Shown in pieces: positions 62,801 to 64,000 of a stretch of 64,000 bases of DNA (position 1 is the first letter of the stretch; each line of letters starts with the position of its first letter). The position numbers were made by a program, and so were the translations under genes. The notes below the pieces were generated by a model that saw only the letters and a list, made by a program, of their open reading frames with translations, did no database searches and was not told the DNA's origin. The stretch is from Myxococcales bacterium (lineage in GTDB: Bacteria; Myxococcota; Myxococcia; Myxococcales; UBA5297), in contig JBMNNX010000002.1 of the NCBI GenBank assembly GCA_050942745.1, positions 11,896 through 75,895 of the forward strand, in the 5' to 3' direction.

Positions 62801-64000
62801 GCGGAGAGGGCCACGCCGTTGAGGAGCGCGGTGCTTCGGCGCGGCAGCGCGGCGAAGGACCACGCGTAGCGGAAGCTCTCGGGGGAAGAGCACGGCGCGG
62901 TCGCGTCGGCGTCGCTCACCCGGGCGACCGCCTGCACCGGCCTGCCGACCCCGGCGGCGGCGGGCATCTCGATGCGGGCGAGCGGGACGCCGCTGCCGCA
63001 GGCGGAGACCTGGAGCGAGAGCGCGAAGGGCGCGCTCGCGCGGCCCGTGTCGTCGAAGGCCTCGACGGTGAGCCGGTACTCGCCGGCGACGTCCGCCTTG
63101 AACCAGGGGCGCAGGGCCTGCGGATCGCTCAAGGCCGCCGCGCTGCCCGCCGGAAGCCCCACGAGGCTCCACTTCAGCCCGAAGAGCTGGCTCGACGAGC
63201 ACGGGGCGGCGTTGTCCGGGTCCTCGACCGCGGCCGACAGCTCGATCACCTGGCCGACGTTCGGCGCCGCGGGCGAGGGGGCGACGGCGGTGATGCTCGG
63301 AGCGCTCGCGCCGCAGCCGCTCACGTCGATGGAGAGCTGGCCGCGGGCGGTGCGGCGGGTCGGGTCGGTGACGGCGAGCTCGACGACGTAGGTGCCGGCG
63401 ACGTCTGGGAGGAACGACGGCGAGGCGAGGCGGCGGTTGTCGAAGCGCGCCGCGCTCGTCGCCGGCCTGGCGGCGAAGCGCCAGGCGTAGGTGAGCGCGC
63501 CGGGGCGAGAGCAGGGCGGCGCGCTGTCTGGATCGAGCGCCATCGCGCGCACCTGGACGCGCGCGCCGACGGTCGCCGGATCGGCGGACAGGGCCACGAT
63601 GATCGGCGCGTTGACGCCGCACTCGCGCGCGGTGAGCTCGACGGTCTTCTGGCCTGCGCGCCCGGTCGAGTCGGTGATGGCGAGCTGCACGCGGTAGGTG
63701 CCGGGCAGATCGGGCGTCAGGAACGGCTTGGCGCCCTCGGTCGCCGACAGGTGCGCGGCGCTGCCCGCGGGCGCGCCGACGAGCGACCAGGAGAGGGTGT
63801 GGAGCTGGCGCTGGCCGCAGGGCTCCTCGAGATCGGCGTCGGTGAAGCTGCCCTCGATCTGGACGAGCTCGCCGGTGGCGGCCTCCTGCGGGGTCGCGGT
63901 GAGCGCGACGACGGGCGCGGCCGCGCCGCACTGGACGGTGAAGGGGACGGCGGCTTCGCTGGTGAGGACGCCGTTGCTGGCGACGAGGCGCGCCTCGTAC
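59836..64000 (-). CDS. Giant surface protein: about 10 PKD/Ig-like ~97 aa repeats followed by 3 IPT/TIG-like domains (N-terminus beyond window end)
   Basis: The track ORF 59836..63690 begins at an internal GTG. Hand translation of 63691-63999 in the same frame has no stop and continues the repeat (...VQCGAAAPVVALTATPQEAATGELVQIEGSFTDADLEEPCGQRQLHTLSWSLVGAPAGSAAHLS...PDLPGTYRVQLAITD). Repeat consensus: CG.(N/A)AP...A.P....VGQ.V.L.A...D.DN...C...QSF.Y.W.F.SLPAGS.A.L......PSF.PDVAG.Y...L...DS.G..S.PA.V.V. The C-terminal ~300 aa (59836-60741) is IPT-like (ITSIDP..., VAAVSP..., VHAVYP...). Confidence 0.85.
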   Translation of the reverse strand, partial: YEARLVASNGVLTSEAAVPFTVQCGAAAPVVALTATPQEAATGELVQIEGSFTDADLEEPCGQRQLHTLSWSLVGAPAGSAAHLSATEGAKPFLTPDLPGTYRVQLAITDSTGRAGQKTVELTARECGVNAPIIVALSADPATVGARVQVRAMALDPDSAPPCSRPGALTYAWRFAARPATSAARFDNRRLASPSFLPDVAGTYVVELAVTDPTRRTARGQLSIDVSGCGASAPSITAVAPSPAAPNVGQVIELSAAVEDPDNAAPCSSSQLFGLKWSLVGLPAGSAAALSDPQALRPWFKADVAGEYRLTVEAFDDTGRASAPFALSLQVSACGSGVPLARIEMPAAAGVGRPVQAVARVSDADATAPCSSPESFRYAWSFAALPRRSTALLNGVALSAPSFVPDVAGDYVLRLVVTDSAGHRSAPAFATVAVAACGANPPIAAASATPAAPNPGQPVLLSASATDPDNDAFCLDGQSVSWQWAFESLPAGSRAALSSSTARQPSFAPDVAGDYVVRLVASDSTGRSSEPARVTVSATSCGGAAPVASASAQPSAPAIGQAVRLRGAVADADNDAHCLAGQSFTYGWSFESLPAGSRAVLDDAAALAPSFAPDLPGEYVLRLVAVDSTGNSSAPARVSVTASGCSANAPVAAVAADPASAHVGKAIRLVPAVSDSDNEPVCSLPMPQSFSYAWALLSAPAGSTAQLSDNRAREPSFVADFPGDYTARLIVTDSAGLSSRPADVTVSVHGCGANAPVILSADAHPMVSAVGQTVELRAAFQDADDGAECQSALGTPFSNTFAWRVLSAPAASAAAITGADRLVAGFVPDVPGAYQLEITVTDPTGRSDAKTAALTVTACGAAAPTVAPAVDPISRAHVNGFIVLHSNAQDADIQIPCGASQHLDFQWWFQELPAGSRARFDDATRRDASFVPDAGGSYVVAVAATDSTGRRSAVRTASVEVDPCGGKPPVAQLTAALEGGPTFGPSADLAQIVIPACVRVLLDGSPSFDPDVACGLPQASDSLGYQWQLVSTPAGATNPLQGSAAASRSFDPQVPSSLEAPYVVELKVSDGMLESAPARVALVTESFEITSIDPAMACEGNVPAQLTLNGKGFLRVAGFEPTIRFEPPGVQAGLVRLAGCAPTHCGIESCTELVVEVPPGAGSAGAHTVTVTNPVGEACSASAVFSVGPPPIVAAVSPRSTCAGQASFAIEGSGFGPATVVRFNAAPADRVAYATASKLAAGFDDLVPGLYDVTASSGAGCAATLKEAVAVLPGPSVHAVYPEIVSGARATLATLSVSGINGASVSWVGIRPAGSADAFRDLRYAYDPQRPDQVRAVIPAGLAVGRYEIGLRDGDGCSARLAGAFTVTEQETLAVRDCFGSCGRLRP

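Overview
This is a very GC-rich bacterial chromosomal segment (GC judged by eye, not computed). A MYXO-CTERM sorting tag, thrombospondin-type-3 repeat proteins, many lipoproteins and an RpoH-like extra sigma factor suggest Myxococcota; that placement is inference. About 50 protein genes can be supported. Nearly every real gene is mirrored by long Arg/Pro/Ala-rich shadow ORFs on the opposite strand or in other frames, and I rejected those.

Gene content, left to right:
- 1-6.7 kb: ABC1/UbiB kinase (partial), DUF488, a NagB-like isomerase paired with a wHTH-nucleotidyltransferase, a long RluA pseudouridine synthase fusion, and a small coiled-coil protein.
- 6.8-14.5 kb: carboxylesterase lipoprotein, a two-ORF RdgC-like pair, lipA, a stand-alone ClpX-zinc-finger protein, a frameshifted phosphodiester-glycosidase/TSP3/MYXO-CTERM surface protein, and a HIT protein.
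- 15-24.6 kb: sigma factor, two-subunit korAB, fadD, and a four-subunit 2-oxoacid:ferredoxin oxidoreductase.
- 24.7-30.2 kb: class III nucleotidyl cyclase, TPR lipoprotein, DUF1343/NamZ-like protein, a degenerate metallophosphoesterase, and nadD.
- 30.2-35.2 kb: a 7TM hybrid histidine kinase translationally coupled to an alpha-oxoamine-synthase::GNAT fusion.
- 35.6-44.7 kb: DUF2520 protein, OmpA/TSP3 porin-like protein, a Crp/Fnr regulator divergent from a 4Fe-4S protein, a hypothetical Cys-motif protein, a transglutaminase-like protein, and a tandem Usp.
- 44.7-50.7 kb: a complete mrpABCDEFG antiporter operon.
- 51-64 kb: a surface/glycosylation locus with a VWA protein, a methyltransferase, two glycosyltransferases, small lipoproteins and a giant PKD/IPT-repeat protein that runs off the window.

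I saw no rRNA, tRNA, CRISPR array, transposase or integrase.

Most interesting observations:
1. The kinase + AOS::GNAT operon is a candidate lipid/aminoketone signal synthase-sensor pair.
2. A phased array of AT-cored palindromes lies in a convergent intergenic gap at 14.7-15.0 kb.
3. Two families of tandem hairpin (REP/BIME-like) repeats lie after the 4Fe-4S gene and after mrpG.
4. MrpC carries a 14 x 21-bp in-frame heptapeptide repeat tail.
5. Two genes have their domains split across reading frames.

All homology statements rest on motif recognition by eye, not on database searches.
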